A stretch of 64,000 bases of DNA from Acidimicrobiales bacterium (GCA_965214945.1 OZ244029.1:125256-189255); one strand, 5' to 3'; shown: positions 1-10,021, numbered from the stretch's first letter. The notes: generated by a model not told the origin, from the sequence alone. A program made the numbers and translations.

Positions 1-818
1 TCGAGTGCGGCGCAGCGCTCGTCGAAGCCCACTGCAGGGCCTCTCCAGCGGAGTTCATCGACTGAGGCGGCAACCGGGGCGGTGAGATCGACGGTGGCGA
101 TCCGGCGAAACAGCAGCGCGTCGTCGAAGCGATCCTGCAAGGTGGCGGCGAGACGGGCCGCGCCGCGCACTGCGACGTCCCAGTCGGCGGCGTCAGCTGG
201 GATGTTGTCGATGTGGCCGTACCGGGCGAGCACCGCGGACGAGGACTTGGCGCCCCAGCCGGGCAGTCCGGCGAACCCGTCGGCGGAGTCGCCCACCAGC
301 CCTAAGTAGTCGGGGATCGACTCGGGAGCCACTCCGAACTTGGCCATCACGCCGGCCCGGTCGTAGAGAATGCCGCGCCGCCGGTCGTACTGCACCACCC
401 GCCCGTCGGCTGTGACGCACTGGGCCAAGTCCTTGTCGGGCGTGCAGATCACGACCCGCTCCACGCGCTCGTCGGTGCTCGCCATAGCCGCGCCTGCGGC
501 CAGAGCGTCGTCGGCCTCATACTCCACCTGGGGCCACACCGCGAACCCGGCGAGCGTCAGCAGCTCTTCAACCTCGACGAACTGGGCCTGCAGCTCGGGC
601 GCCACGCCGCTGCCGTCTTTGTAGCCGGGAAGCATGTCGTTGCGGAACGACTCGATCACGTGGTCGGTGGCGATGCCGATGTGGGTGGCGCCGTCTTCCA
701 CCAGATCCAACATGGTGTTGAGCACTCCCCGCTGGGCGCCGTGTCGCGGGTCTCGGTTTGATCTGGCGTAATGAAACCGAAACAGCTCGTAGGTGCCGTC
801 AACCAGGTGAACCAACAT
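1..818 (-). CDS. 5'-3' exonuclease (FEN / Pol I N-terminal nuclease family); the C-terminus runs off the left edge
   Basis: Own reverse-strand translation from ATG at 816-818 gives MLVHLVDGTYELFRFHYA...GIATDHVIESFRND...PDKDLAQCV...GDSADGFAGLPGWGAKSS, a PIN-like nuclease followed by an H3TH motif. There is no stop before position 1, so it is absent from the ORF track. Confidence 0.75.
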   Translation of the reverse strand, partial: MLVHLVDGTYELFRFHYARSNRDPRHGAQRGVLNTMLDLVEDGATHIGIATDHVIESFRNDMLPGYKDGSGVAPELQAQFVEVEELLTLAGFAVWPQVEYEADDALAAGAAMASTDERVERVVICTPDKDLAQCVTADGRVVQYDRRRGILYDRAGVMAKFGVAPESIPDYLGLVGDSADGFAGLPGWGAKSSSAVLARYGHIDNIPADAADWDVAVRGAARLAATLQDRFDDALLFRRIATVDLTAPVAASVDELRWRGPAVGFDERCAAL

Positions 819-847
819 CAGCCGAAACGCCTCCACACCGGTGGCGG

Positions 848-1279
848 TCACCCGCCGGGGCACTCCTCGACGAGTTCGATCAGCGTGCCGAAGGAGCCCT
901 TCGGGTGGACGAACGCCACGGTGGTGCCACGGCTTCCGGGACGGGGCGCGGCATCGATGGGCCTGGCGCCGGCCGCGATCATCCGCTCGAGCGCCGCCGC
1001 ACAGTCGTCCACCCGGTAGCCCACGTGGTGCAGACCCTCGCCCCGCCTGTTGAGAAACTTGGCGACAGGCGACTCGGCGTGAGTCGGGGTGATGAGCTGA
1101 ACGTAGCTTTCGGCCACTGCCAGCAGCGCCTCTTCGACCCCGTCCCGCTCGACGACCTCGCGGTGGGCGACCGTCGCGCCGAACGCGTCGCGGTAGTAGT
1201 CGACAGCGGCGCCCAGGTCGCGCACAGCGATCGCCACATGGTCGATCTCTGTGAGCGTCACAGGGCCAAGATACCGCAA
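848..1279 (-). CDS. mce: methylmalonyl-CoA epimerase (VOC/glyoxalase fold)
   Basis: 143 aa with IDHVAIAVRDL...FG...VQLITP...VAKFLNRRGEGLHHVGYRVDD...AFVHPKGSFGTLIELVE, which matches the typical MCE pattern and size. Confidence 0.75.
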   Translation of the reverse strand: MRYLGPVTLTEIDHVAIAVRDLGAAVDYYRDAFGATVAHREVVERDGVEEALLAVAESYVQLITPTHAESPVAKFLNRRGEGLHHVGYRVDDCAAALERMIAAGARPIDAAPRPGSRGTTVAFVHPKGSFGTLIELVEECPGG

Positions 1280-1314
1280 CCGCCAGACACGCCGACCCGG
1301 CCGGAGCGCCTGCA

Positions 1315-1339
1315 GCGGTTATTCGGCCGCGGTTATTCG
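1315..1339. repeat. 11-nt duplication gcggttattcg, spacer gcc, gcggttattcg; the second copy contains the recR stop codon
   Basis: Read directly. Copies are at 1315-1325 and 1329-1339, and the recR TAA is tta at 1333-1335. Confidence 0.9.
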
Positions 1340-1941
1340 CCGACGAGTTCGCGGCGGCCTTCCAAAGCGCGCTCCAGGGTAAGCTCGTCGGCGTACTCGA
1401 GGTCTCCGCCCACCGGCAGGCCGCTGGCGATGCGGGTGACCCGAACGCCAAGCGGCTTGAGGAACCTGTACAACAGCGCCGCGGTCGCCTCGCCCTCGAG
1501 GTTGGGGTTGGTAGCGATGATCACCTCTTCGATGTCCTCGCCCGCGACGCGGGTCATCAGCTCCTTCAACCGAAGCTGTTCCAAGCCCACGCCGTCGATC
1601 GGGCTGAAGGCTCCCTGCAGCACGTGATAGCGGCCCGGAAAGTGCCCTGTTCGCTCGATGGCTACCACGTCCTGGGCGTCCTCCACCACGCAGACAAGGC
1701 GGGACTCCCGCCGCGGATCGTCGCAGACGGCACACTCGCCCCTGTTCTCGGCGAAGTTGAAGCAGCGGGGGCAGTACGACACTTTGGCCTTGGCCTCAGA
1801 AATAGCACGCGCCAGGCGGTTTGCGTCCTCTGTCGACGACCTAAGCAGAAAGAAGGCCACGCGCTGGGCCGACTTGGGCCCTATGCCAGGCAGCCGCCCG
1901 AGCTGGTCGATGAGTTCCTGAACCGCTGCGGAGTAACTCAC
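1333..1941 (-). CDS. recR: recombination protein RecR
   Basis: 202 aa with HhH motif [14 protein letters not shown], a C4 zinc finger CPRCFNF...CAVC and a Toprim-like core [10 protein letters not shown]. Confidence 0.95.
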   Translation of the reverse strand: MSYSAAVQELIDQLGRLPGIGPKSAQRVAFFLLRSSTEDANRLARAISEAKAKVSYCPRCFNFAENRGECAVCDDPRRESRLVCVVEDAQDVVAIERTGHFPGRYHVLQGAFSPIDGVGLEQLRLKELMTRVAGEDIEEVIIATNPNLEGEATAALLYRFLKPLGVRVTRIASGLPVGGDLEYADELTLERALEGRRELVGE

Positions 1942-3851
1942 GACCGCTCACCGGGCTGTGCCTCGCCGGCGTCTGCGAACTCAACCCCGGGAAACGCCTC
2001 TGCGATCTGCGCCTCGATCTTTGAGGCGGATTCGGCGGCCTCGTCGAGCTTGGTCGTTTCGCCGGGCATGCCAGCGAGCGTGAGAGCGCCGCCGGCACCG
2101 GCGTCAGCCGGCGCACTTGCTCCGCGCGGGCCGGCCGCGGGCCGGCCGGTCGTGGGCTGGCCGGCGGGAGAAGCGGCCGCGGGCAGGGCGGTGTCTGACG
2201 AAGCCTGCGGGTCCGGACCGGCCCTTAAGGGTTCATCCACTAAGGCCTGCCACAGCGCGAACAGCTCCTCGGGTGTGTGCGACCCCTTCTCGGACTTCAG
2301 CACTTGCTTGGCCCTGGCCACCACCGCCGCCTTGCTGATCCCGAGATGCCGCCCGGCCAGGGCCACCACCTCGGACGGTGTTTGGGGCCGTAAAGATCGA
2401 AGATCGACGCTTGAGGCCGACTGAGCGGGCTGGCTACTCCGACGCGAGTCCGGGCCCGGGTGTCGCGACGACACGGGTCGATTCGCAGAAGGCCCCGCGC
2501 GGGCGGGGGAACGCGGCGGCTTTCGCTGTGCCCGCGAGGCGGCACGTGCCGCGTCCGCGGGTTGGCCGGGACGGCTTTGACGGCCGCGCGGCGGCACAGG
2601 CGGCGGAGGCTGACTGGGCCGGCCCAGCGCCGGGCCGGCCCTCTCCATCCTCTTGACCTTGGACTCCAGCCGGGCCACGCGCCGGCGCAGCTCCTCGAGC
2701 GGATCGCCGGTCTCGGCCCGGCACAGCCTCACGAGAGCCACCTCGATGTGAACACGCTCATCGGGTGCTTGGCGCATATCGACCAAAGCCCTGCCCAGGC
2801 CTTCCAAGGCCCGGATCATCGCAGCCTGCGTCATGCGCTCAGCCAGCGACTCGGCCCGGTGGCTGTCCTTGTCGGACAACCTCGGCGGTGGTACACCCAT
2901 CTTCGTGAGGAAGCCGTCGCGCAAACCCGCCAGCGCGGCCTCTCCGACGGAACGAGGTGCGCGGCCGCGCCCGACAGCGTCGTCCACCGCAGAAAGCGCG
3001 GCAGCCGGGTCGTGCCCCGCTATCGCGTCGAGGATGTCGTCGGTGGTCGAGTCGAGCATCGCCATGTCGACTCCGGGCACTGCCGCGTCGAGGGCCGAGA
3101 GCGCATCGCGGACCGAGCCAGCGCCAGCGGCCACGGCGTAGTCGATCAGACTGTCGTCCGCGTCGAGCCCGGCGTCGGCGGCCACATGGCGCAGGTGGTC
3201 GGTCATCAGATCGGCGCCCAGCAGTCCCAATTCGAACACCTGACAGCGGCTCCGAATGGTCTCGGCCACCTTGTGCGGCTCGGTGGTGGCCAATACCCAG
3301 GTCACGTGGGCCGGGGGCTCCTCCAGCGTCTTGAGCAGAGCGTTCTCGGCGCCCGGCGTGAGCATGTGAACCTCGTCGAGCAAGTACACCTTCGACCGGC
3401 CCGGGGTCGCGAGAGCCACGCGTTCCAGCAGCTGGCGCATGTCGTCGACCTTGTTGTTGGAGGCGGCGTCCAGTTCGTACAAGTCGAAAGAGCGGTTCTC
3501 CTGGATGGAGACGCATGACTCGCAGGCGCAGCACGGCTCGCCGTCTTCGCCCAAGTCGGTGCAGTTCAGGGCTTTAGCCAGCAAGCGGGCCGTGGTGGTC
3601 TTGCCGGTGCCACGCGGGCCGTGCAGCAGGTAGGCGTGGCCCGCAGTGCCGTCCCGCACGGCGTTCTGAAGGGCCTTCACCAGGTGCTGCTGGCCCTTGA
3701 CTTCCGCGAATCGCTTCGGGCGGTATCGGAGATACAGCGCCTGGCGAGCCATCGCGGCCGACTCTAACGGCGCTCCTTCGAACGCTGCCAGAGCCGGCCC
3801 GAAGGCATGCTCTGACATAGGACGCCCGCCGACGTCGCGGGCCCGCTCCAC
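1938..3851 (-). CDS. dnaX: DNA polymerase III subunit gamma/tau
   Basis: Walker [10 protein letters not shown], Zn module CCACESC, Walker B LLDEVHML, sensor TIRSRCQ and a Pro/Ala-rich C-terminal half. The likely true start is ATG 3752 ([15 protein letters not shown]). The stop overlaps the recR start by 4 nt. Confidence 0.9.
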   Translation of the reverse strand: MERARDVGGRPMSEHAFGPALAAFEGAPLESAAMARQALYLRYRPKRFAEVKGQQHLVKALQNAVRDGTAGHAYLLHGPRGTGKTTTARLLAKALNCTDLGEDGEPCCACESCVSIQENRSFDLYELDAASNNKVDDMRQLLERVALATPGRSKVYLLDEVHMLTPGAENALLKTLEEPPAHVTWVLATTEPHKVAETIRSRCQVFELGLLGADLMTDHLRHVAADAGLDADDSLIDYAVAAGAGSVRDALSALDAAVPGVDMAMLDSTTDDILDAIAGHDPAAALSAVDDAVGRGRAPRSVGEAALAGLRDGFLTKMGVPPPRLSDKDSHRAESLAERMTQAAMIRALEGLGRALVDMRQAPDERVHIEVALVRLCRAETGDPLEELRRRVARLESKVKRMERAGPALGRPSQPPPPVPPRGRQSRPGQPADAARAASRAQRKPPRSPARAGPSANRPVSSRHPGPDSRRSSQPAQSASSVDLRSLRPQTPSEVVALAGRHLGISKAAVVARAKQVLKSEKGSHTPEELFALWQALVDEPLRAGPDPQASSDTALPAAASPAGQPTTGRPAAGPRGASAPADAGAGGALTLAGMPGETTKLDEAAESASKIEAQIAEAFPGVEFADAGEAQPGERS

Positions 3852-3927
3852 CTGCTGGTACCACCGGTTAGGGCGCTATTGCGGCACCTATGGTTCGGGC
3901 TGCCTCCGGGTGTGTCCGGCCGCTTCT

Positions 3928-4042
3928 GGGTGTGGCGGCCAGGCTGTCTGCGGCACCCGAGCGGTTCTGCTGAGAGCTGCTGCCTTCCGGCCCTGACCCG
4001 GTTCACAGGCGCTCGTCGCACAGGACCCGGCCGCCACACCCC
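3928..4042 (-). ncRNA. ffs: signal recognition particle RNA (small bacterial 4.5S type), copy 1
   Basis: The minus strand reads GGGGTGTGGCGGCC...GGTCAGGGCCGGAAGGCAGCAGC...GGCCGCCACACCC, which is the conserved domain IV motif with a GGAA tetraloop closed by a long terminal helix (3928-3940 pairs with 4029-4042). It lies upstream of dnaX, as is usual in actinobacteria. Ends are approximate. Confidence 0.8.
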
Positions 4043-4103
4043 GAAGCGGGCGAAACGTGACGGCACGGTACCCTCACCAGCCGGGGTCCGCTGCGGCGGG
4101 CTG

Positions 4104-4188
4104 GGAGGGTTGCCAGAGCGGCCGAATGGGCACGCTTGGAAAGCGTGTGAGGCGAGAGCCTCCGTGGGTTCAAATCCCACACCCTCCG
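4104..4188 (+). tRNA. tRNA-Ser (anticodon GGA), copy 1
   Basis: Acceptor GGAGGGT pairs with ACCCTCC, the anticodon loop is CACGC-TTGGAAA-GCGTG, there is a long variable arm, and the T-loop is GGTTCAAATCC. CCA is not encoded. Confidence 0.9.
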
Positions 4189-4413
4189 CCCTTGAGCTGA
4201 CGGGCTCCAGCGCGGCCTTCACAGCCCTTTCCGACGCTTGCGAGTGCCAGAGCCGCGCCGCGGGGCGGGAGCGGCCTTCGTCGGCCTTGGGCGGACGCGC
4301 TGCGTCAGAACGCGGGAAAGCGCCGCGAGACGAGGACGGCTGAGACGCCTCAGCGCTCTACGCGCTGGCCGCCGACACCTACAATGACGCTGTGGAGCTG
4401 ATCACGACAACCG

Positions 4414-5256
4414 TTGGGCGCCGGCGCAGCCGCAGCCGGTGAGCGACCCGTGAGCGACCCGGTGCCGCCGGCCGTGGAGGTCCGCGCCGTGACCAAGGTG
4501 TTCGGCAAGGGACGGGCCAGCGAGGTGCGAGCCTTAGAGAGCATCGACCTGGTCGTCGATGTCGGCGAGCTGGTGACGCTCATCGGTCCTTCGGGCTGCG
4601 GCAAGAGCACCCTGCTGCGCCTCGTTGGAGCATTGGTTGAGGCCACCGAGGGCACGGTGCTGGTGAACGGCAAGCCCGCCGAACAGGCCCGCCGGGATCG
4701 CAGCTATTCGATCGTGTTCCAGAAGGCGGGACTGTTCGATTGGCGCACCGTGTCCCGCAACGTGGAGCTGCCGCTGGAGGTGATGGGACACAAGAAAACG
4801 GATCGACGCCGGCGCGCCCGCGAGATGCTCGACCTGGTGAAGCTGCCGGAGTTCGCGGACCACTACCCGGCTGAACTCTCCGGCGGAATGCAGCAGCGGG
4901 TGGCGATCGCCCGGGCACTGGCCTTCCGGCCAGCCCTGCTGTTGATGGACGAGCCCTTCGGTGCCCTTGACGAGATGACCCGCGAGCACATGCAGAACGA
5001 GCTGCTGCGAATATCGTCCGCGACGGGCACCACGGTGTTGTTCGTGACCCACTCGATTCCCGAGGCGGTGTTCCTGTCCACCAAAGTCGTGGTGATGTCG
5101 CCCCGGCCCGGTCGGATATCGGCGATCATCGGCAACGACCTGGGGAAGCGGACCGAGCTCGTGCGAGACCATCACGAATTCCACGACAAGGTCACCGAGG
5201 TGCGCGAGGCCCTGCGGTCCAGTACGGCATCGAAGCCGCAAAGCGCGGTGCATTAG
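4414..5256 (+). CDS. ABC transporter ATP-binding protein (NitT/TauT nitrate/sulfonate/bicarbonate-like family)
   Basis: Walker A GPSGCGKST, signature LSGGMQQR and Walker B LLLMDEPFGALD. The exact start is uncertain. Confidence 0.9.
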   Translation: MGAGAAAAGERPVSDPVPPAVEVRAVTKVFGKGRASEVRALESIDLVVDVGELVTLIGPSGCGKSTLLRLVGALVEATEGTVLVNGKPAEQARRDRSYSIVFQKAGLFDWRTVSRNVELPLEVMGHKKTDRRRRAREMLDLVKLPEFADHYPAELSGGMQQRVAIARALAFRPALLLMDEPFGALDEMTREHMQNELLRISSATGTTVLFVTHSIPEAVFLSTKVVVMSPRPGRISAIIGNDLGKRTELVRDHHEFHDKVTEVREALRSSTASKPQSAVH

Positions 5257-5288
5257 GTCAAGGCGCGGTGCATTAGGTCAAAGCGCGG
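5241..5288. repeat. 20-nt tandem duplication (2 full copies plus an 8-nt third) containing the stop codon of the ABC ATPase gene
   Basis: aagcgcggtgcattaggtca / aggcgcggtgcattaggtca / aagcgcgg. The TAG stop is at 5254-5256 in copy 1. Confidence 0.9.
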
Positions 5289-5386
5289 GACCGCAGCGCG
5301 ACAGCGCCGCGCAGCCAGGGCGGTGCGGCTCGGCGCCTCGGCGGCCAGCCCAGTCTGGTCCGGTCGGGGGAGTACAGTGGCGGGCC

Positions 5387-6241
5387 GTGACCCGGATCGC
5401 CTGCTTGCAGACCGAGCCCGTGCTCGGTCGTGTCGAAGCCAACCTCGCCCGTCAGCTCGCCATGTGCGCCGAGGCCGTGGACGCTGGCGCCGATCTCATC
5501 GTGTTGCCGGAATGCTCGACCACGGGATGGGCTTTCCCGAGCCGTGAGCAGGCCGTGGAGGCATCGGAGCCGGTGCCCGGCGGGGCGTCTTGCACCGCGT
5601 GGATCGACCTCTGTCGCCGCAGCGGGAGTCATGTCGTGGCCGGTCTGGTCGAACGGGTTGGCGACCGCTTGTTCAACACGTCGGTGCTGGTGGGCCCGGA
5701 CGGCCACATCGGGACCTACCGCAAGGCCCACACCTGGGCGCTGGAGAAGGAGTTCTACGACCCGGGCGACTTGGGAGTGCCGGTCTTCGAGACCCCGTTG
5801 GGCCGCATCGGCATGCACATCTGCTACGACTGCTGGTTCCCGGAGTCGTACCGGCTGATGGCCGCCCAAGGCGCCGACCTGATCTGCGCACCGTCCAACT
5901 GGGTGCCCGTTCCCACTCAGGTCCCGCAGTTGCCGAAGATGGCCAACCTGTTGTGCATGACCAACGCCCACGCCAACTTGGTATACGTCGCTGCCGCCGG
6001 CCGGGTCGGCGCCGACGGCGAGGTGCCTTTCATCGGCAGCAGCATCATCGTCGACCATGCCGGATGGCCCCTGGCCGGTCCGGCCAGCACCACCGACGAG
6101 GAGATAATCTACGCCGACGTCGACCTGATCGGCTCGAGGCCTCTCCGACACGGCAACCCGTTCAACCAGCCTCTGCGCGACCGCCGGACCGACATCTACG
6201 CGGAGATGCTGGGGTCGTCGCACAAGGCGGGCGAATACTGA
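5387..6241 (+). CDS. carbon-nitrogen hydrolase family protein (nitrilase/amidase-like)
   Basis: 284 aa with the E-K-C triad contexts LIVLPECS, TYRKAH and ICYDCWFPE. Confidence 0.85.
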   Translation: MTRIACLQTEPVLGRVEANLARQLAMCAEAVDAGADLIVLPECSTTGWAFPSREQAVEASEPVPGGASCTAWIDLCRRSGSHVVAGLVERVGDRLFNTSVLVGPDGHIGTYRKAHTWALEKEFYDPGDLGVPVFETPLGRIGMHICYDCWFPESYRLMAAQGADLICAPSNWVPVPTQVPQLPKMANLLCMTNAHANLVYVAAAGRVGADGEVPFIGSSIIVDHAGWPLAGPASTTDEEIIYADVDLIGSRPLRHGNPFNQPLRDRRTDIYAEMLGSSHKAGEY

Positions 6242-6386
6242 TGGCGCCGAGTTCGGTGTCTGCGGCTGTGCGCGACCCTCGCGCCGGTTGACGCGGAGCC
6301 CGCGGCCGGCCCCCGACGGCGCTGTCGCCGTCGGCGCCCACCGCTTGGGTCTGGCCAACCGCTGGCTCGAGACCCCGGAGTACTAA

Positions 6387-6925
6387 GTGCCCGGACTCAG
6401 CGCCGACTGGGTGGCGGCCCGCTACGGCATCCCGGCCTCGGAGATCGCCAAGCTGGGCTCGGCCGAGAACCCGGCTCGGGCCTTCGCCTAAGGCGGCGCC
6501 GCCCCCGACACCGTCGTGGTTTTGGACGAGGCCTACGTGCACTATTCCGCCACGGCTGGCCACATCGGCCTGGCCGCCGAGCACGACGATCTCATCGTCT
6601 TGCGCACCTTCTTCAAGGCGTATGGCTTGGCGGGGCTGCGACTCGGCCACGGAAGGCAGGGACCGCCTGACTCGCCGTTTCGGCGAGCTGGAGCGGTTCA
6701 GGTTGATCCCGGGCAGCGGGTCCAACTTCGTGCTGGCGGAGATCCTGGACCCCGCCACCGACTCGACCAGGGTATTTGAGGGGTTGCTGGAGCGGGGGGG
6801 GGGGGGGGGTCATCGTCAAGGACGGCTCGTTGTCGTTCCGGGGCCTCGGGCGGCGCTACCTGCGCTGCGATGTCAGCCTCCCCAGCGCATGGACCAGCTG
6901 GTGGACGCCTTGGGCCGACCTGCCG
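6387..6925 (+). pseudogene. decayed class I/II (HisC-like) aminotransferase
   Basis: The N-terminal piece VPGLSADWVAARYGIPASEIAKLGSAENP ends at TAA 6489. The middle of the protein is missing. The sequence then reads [11 protein letters not shown]...[19 protein letters not shown] (PLP-Lys region), followed by a frameshift to [16 protein letters not shown]...VFEGLLERG, the G16 tract, VIVKDGS...RYLRCDV, and another shift to QRMDQLVDAL. Confidence 0.6.
6794..6809. repeat. homopolymeric G16 tract inside the aminotransferase pseudogene
   Basis: Counted directly as agc + 16 g + tcat. Confidence 0.95.
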
Positions 6926-7151
6926 TAGAGCCGGCCCGACCCGGATCCGAACTCGACTCGAGGCCTGCTGAAGCGGCGAGACTTCGGGTTTGGAGATCCG
7001 GCGACCGGGCGGGCGCGTCGGCGACATTGCGCGGATCATCGCCGAAGTGCTCACCAAGGCCGTCGAGCAGAACGCCCTCGGCGGACCTGTGGGCTGCCGC
7101 GGCCATGCGGTCGCCGCCGGCGCCGCCCCGGCGATAGACCGACCAGGCGGG

Positions 7152-7928
7152 TCACCGTCGGCGCCATGGCAGGAGGAGCCACTCCAGCAGAGCCACCGCT
7201 GCCAGCAGAGCGACCCCGACAGCGCTCGCTCCCAGCACGGCGGCCCAGGCGATGTCGAAACGGGACAGTCCCGCGCTCTGGGTGATGACCTGGCCGAGCG
7301 AGCCCTGAGTGCCACCGAAGTACTCGGCCACGATGGCCGAGATGATGGCCAGCGAGCTGGCCACCCGCAGGCCCGACATCACAAAGGGGAGCGCGTTGGG
7401 GATCCTGACGCGGCGGATCACCATCCACTCCGAGGCGTCCATGCTGCGCATCAGCTCGCCATGGGCGGGATCGATCTGGGTCAATCCCTTCGTGGCGTTC
7501 ACGAACATGGGAAAGAAGACCACGATGATCACCACCAGCCGCCGCGAGAACGGATCGGTGGATCCGAACCAGATGTTGAACACCGGAGCCAGCGACACGA
7601 TCGGCACCGCGGCCATGGCGACGGCCAGGGGCGTGACCAGGTCGCTGAACCACACCCAGCGAGACGCCACCAGCGCGCAGGCGACGGCCAGAACCGATCC
7701 CACGACCAAACCGAACACGGCGTTGCCCCCGGTCACCTCCACGCCGTCGCGAATTCGCCCGAAGTGCTCTCCGAAGGCGGTGCCGATAGAGGAGGGGCTC
7801 GGCAGGAGAAACCGCTTGATCTCGAACTGCCTCACTAGGATCTCCCACCCGACCAGGAACACCGTGGCGAACAACGCGGGCGCGACGACGACCGAGGAGC
7901 GGCCGGCCAGGCGCCGGACGCCGCTCAT
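7152..7928 (-). CDS. ABC transporter permease (NitT/TauT-type, BPD inner-membrane component)
   Basis: Start chosen at MSGVRRLAGRS..., whose ATG overlaps the upstream stop as ATGA at 7925-7928. The protein is multi-TM with an EAA-like region DASEWMVIRRVRIPNALPF. Confidence 0.85.
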   Translation of the reverse strand: MSGVRRLAGRSSVVVAPALFATVFLVGWEILVRQFEIKRFLLPSPSSIGTAFGEHFGRIRDGVEVTGGNAVFGLVVGSVLAVACALVASRWVWFSDLVTPLAVAMAAVPIVSLAPVFNIWFGSTDPFSRRLVVIIVVFFPMFVNATKGLTQIDPAHGELMRSMDASEWMVIRRVRIPNALPFVMSGLRVASSLAIISAIVAEYFGGTQGSLGQVITQSAGLSRFDIAWAAVLGASAVGVALLAAVALLEWLLLPWRRR

Positions 7929-8809
7929 GCCGGCCTCGCAGCCCGGTGGCGGTAACCGGGCATCAGCCGCTCCAGACCGCCCACGCAGTTGGTGAAGACC
8001 AAGCCCAGCACTCCGGCCCCGATGATCGCGCAGTACATCTTGGGGGGATCGGTCTGGGCCTGCTGAGCGTAGGCGAGGATGAGCCGGCCGATGCCGCCTC
8101 CGAGCCCGATCGATATCTCCCCAACGATCGACCCGATGATCGAAGCGGCGGCCGACAGCTTGAGCGCCGGCATCAGATAGGGCACTGCCGCCGGCAGCCG
8201 CACCTTCCACAGCGTGGACCACCAGCCCGCCGCGTACGACTGCATCAGCTCGATCGACTCAGGCGAAGGCGACTTCAGGCCTCGGATGCCGTTGACGGCC
8301 ACGGGGAAGAACGTCAGATAAGTGGCGATCAACGACACCGACATCCACGGCCTCCAGTCCACGATGTCGATGCGGTTGCCCCAGGTCACGATGATCGGGG
8401 CTAGCGCCAGCAATGGAATGGTCTGGGACAGGACGATGCCGGGCAGCATGCCCTGCTCGAGGAGTTTCGACCTCATCATCAGCACGGCCAAACCGATGCC
8501 GATCAGGGTGCCCAGGACGAAGCCGGCGAAAGAGATCCTAAGCGTGTACCAAGCGCCCAGCAGCACCGACTCGCCGACGGTGGTGTCGCTGCGCCGCTGC
8601 TGCGGTTCGAAGAACCGGGTGACGATATCCCACAGGGGAGGCAGGGTGACCTGATTCGTCTTGACGGGGAGGTCGCCGCCGATTAGCGGCCACTCGTCGC
8701 CGGTGGCGATGCCCATGCGGCGATAGCCCTCGTAGAGCGCGCAGAACAACGCGATGGCCACCGCCGCCGGCACCGCGCGCCCCAGCCCGGTCCGGATCCG
8801 ATGCAGCAT
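7925..8809 (-). CDS. ABC transporter permease (second membrane component)
   Basis: 294 aa, multi-TM, with EAA-like motif ELMQSYAAGWWSTLWKVRLPAAVPY. It is translationally coupled to the next permease. Confidence 0.85.
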   Translation of the reverse strand: MLHRIRTGLGRAVPAAVAIALFCALYEGYRRMGIATGDEWPLIGGDLPVKTNQVTLPPLWDIVTRFFEPQQRRSDTTVGESVLLGAWYTLRISFAGFVLGTLIGIGLAVLMMRSKLLEQGMLPGIVLSQTIPLLALAPIIVTWGNRIDIVDWRPWMSVSLIATYLTFFPVAVNGIRGLKSPSPESIELMQSYAAGWWSTLWKVRLPAAVPYLMPALKLSAAASIIGSIVGEISIGLGGGIGRLILAYAQQAQTDPPKMYCAIIGAGVLGLVFTNCVGGLERLMPGYRHRAARPA

Positions 8810-8890
8810 CAGACCCGGACCGGGCTGGGGCGCCGTCGTGTGCCGGATCGAACTCAGACGGTGGGACCGATGGCGATCCGGTGTCGGCGC

Positions 8891-10021
8891 TCAGTCGCCC
8901 CCGGGGGTCGGCTGGACCACGGCCGGAACCCAAGACTCGCCCGTCACGTCGAGGCCTGCGTCGCGGAGCTGCGCCAGGGCCTCCGCCATCAGATCGGTGC
9001 GGGTCGCCCCGTCGTCGGGCTCGGCCGCCAGGATCTCGAACTCGGTCGAGACGTCGACGGTCTGCTGGTACAGACCGGGGTCCAGAATCCCGATGCCGTC
9101 GGGCGACGGCCATATCAGCTTGTTGATCTCGTTGATCATCCACCGCTGATGGCCTTCGCCGAGGATGGGCGCCTTGTCCAGCACTATCTCGAGCCCCTCG
9201 TCGGGATTGTCTCGGCAGTAGATCCAGCCCTGCATCGAAGCGGCCAGGAAGTCCACGGTTTGGGCCCGAAAATCGGCGTCCTCGAGGCGGTTGGAGTCGG
9301 CCCACAGCGCGTCCTGCAACATGGCCACACCCAGATCGTTGTAGTCGATCACCACGAGCTCCTCGGGCTGGATGAGCTCTCCCGTGTCGGGGTTCACCGT
9401 CTCCAGCACCTGGGCGTACTCGTTGTAGATGGTGGCCTCGGCCGCGTCGATCTCGCGGTTGATCAGCGCCACCATGTCGAACTGCTGCTGCACCAATTCG
9501 ACGTCGGTCTCGGGATCCAGACCGGCCTGGCGCAGCGCGGCGAGCACCTCGAACTCATTGCCGAAGCCCCAGTTGCCGATCTTCTTGCCTCGCCAGTCTT
9601 CCACGGTTGTGATGCCCGAATCGGCCCACGACACCTGCCTGGTCCCCGAGCGCTGGAATACTTGGGCGATCTGCGTTAGCGGGGCGCCGGCCTCGCGGGA
9701 TGCGAGTCCCCGGACGGTGAATGCCACCGCGTAGTCGGCGTCGCCGTTGGCGACGACGGTCTGGGGCACGATGTCCACCCCGCCCTCAATGATGGTGAGC
9801 TCAAGGCCTCGGTCGGCGTAGAAACCCTGGTCGACCGCGGCGTAATAGCCGCAGAACTGACCCTGCGTGAACCATTGCAGCTGGAGCGAGATCGGGGTCA
9901 GCTCCTCCGCGGCCGTCTCGTCGCCATCCCCCGAGTCACTGCTGCAGGCGGCCCCGAACAACACGAGCACGACCAGCAGCGCCAACGCAGCTCGCCTCCC
10001 CCGCGAGCGAATGTATTCCAT
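8891..10021 (-). CDS. ABC transporter substrate-binding lipoprotein (NMT1/THI5-like)
   Basis: Signal peptide with lipobox LVLFGAAC. Mature part resembles NMT1/THI5 binding proteins (LQLQWFTQGQFCGYYAA, IGNWGFGNEFE). Confidence 0.8.
   Translation of the reverse strand: MEYIRSRGRRAALALLVVLVLFGAACSSDSGDGDETAAEELTPISLQLQWFTQGQFCGYYAAVDQGFYADRGLELTIIEGGVDIVPQTVVANGDADYAVAFTVRGLASREAGAPLTQIAQVFQRSGTRQVSWADSGITTVEDWRGKKIGNWGFGNEFEVLAALRQAGLDPETDVELVQQQFDMVALINREIDAAEATIYNEYAQVLETVNPDTGELIQPEELVVIDYNDLGVAMLQDALWADSNRLEDADFRAQTVDFLAASMQGWIYCRDNPDEGLEIVLDKAPILGEGHQRWMINEINKLIWPSPDGIGILDPGLYQQTVDVSTEFEILAAEPDDGATRTDLMAEALAQLRDAGLDVTGESWVPAVVQPTPGGD

Larger units (their letters stand above)
3860..4191. 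repeat. Copy 1 of a perfect 332-bp direct repeat (partner at 13967-14298, offset 10107)
   Basis: The sequence reads identically in both places. ORF-track peptides crossing both copies are identical on both strands (MRHLWFGLPPGVSGRF..., GFEPTEALASHAFQ...). The left edge has one mismatch (3859 t versus 13966 c) followed by 5 more matches. The right edge ends after ccgccc. Confidence 0.9.

Noticed and set aside
1938-3851. Programmed -1 frameshift site in dnaX (A AAA AAG type)
   Set aside because: I saw no A- or T-rich slippery heptamer anywhere in the gene.
3879-4343. ORF-track peptides (154 aa plus strand, 152 aa minus strand) across the dnaX-upstream region, and their twins at 13952-14321
   Set aside because: They run straight through a recognisable SRP RNA and a tRNA-Ser cloverleaf. 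The open frames are a by-product of high GC and not protein genes.
5273-6358. 361-aa minus-strand ORF
   Set aside because: It is antisense to a C-N hydrolase gene with a clear catalytic triad. The peptide is Arg/Ala/Gly/Pro-rich and low-complexity, as is typical of high-GC shadow ORFs.
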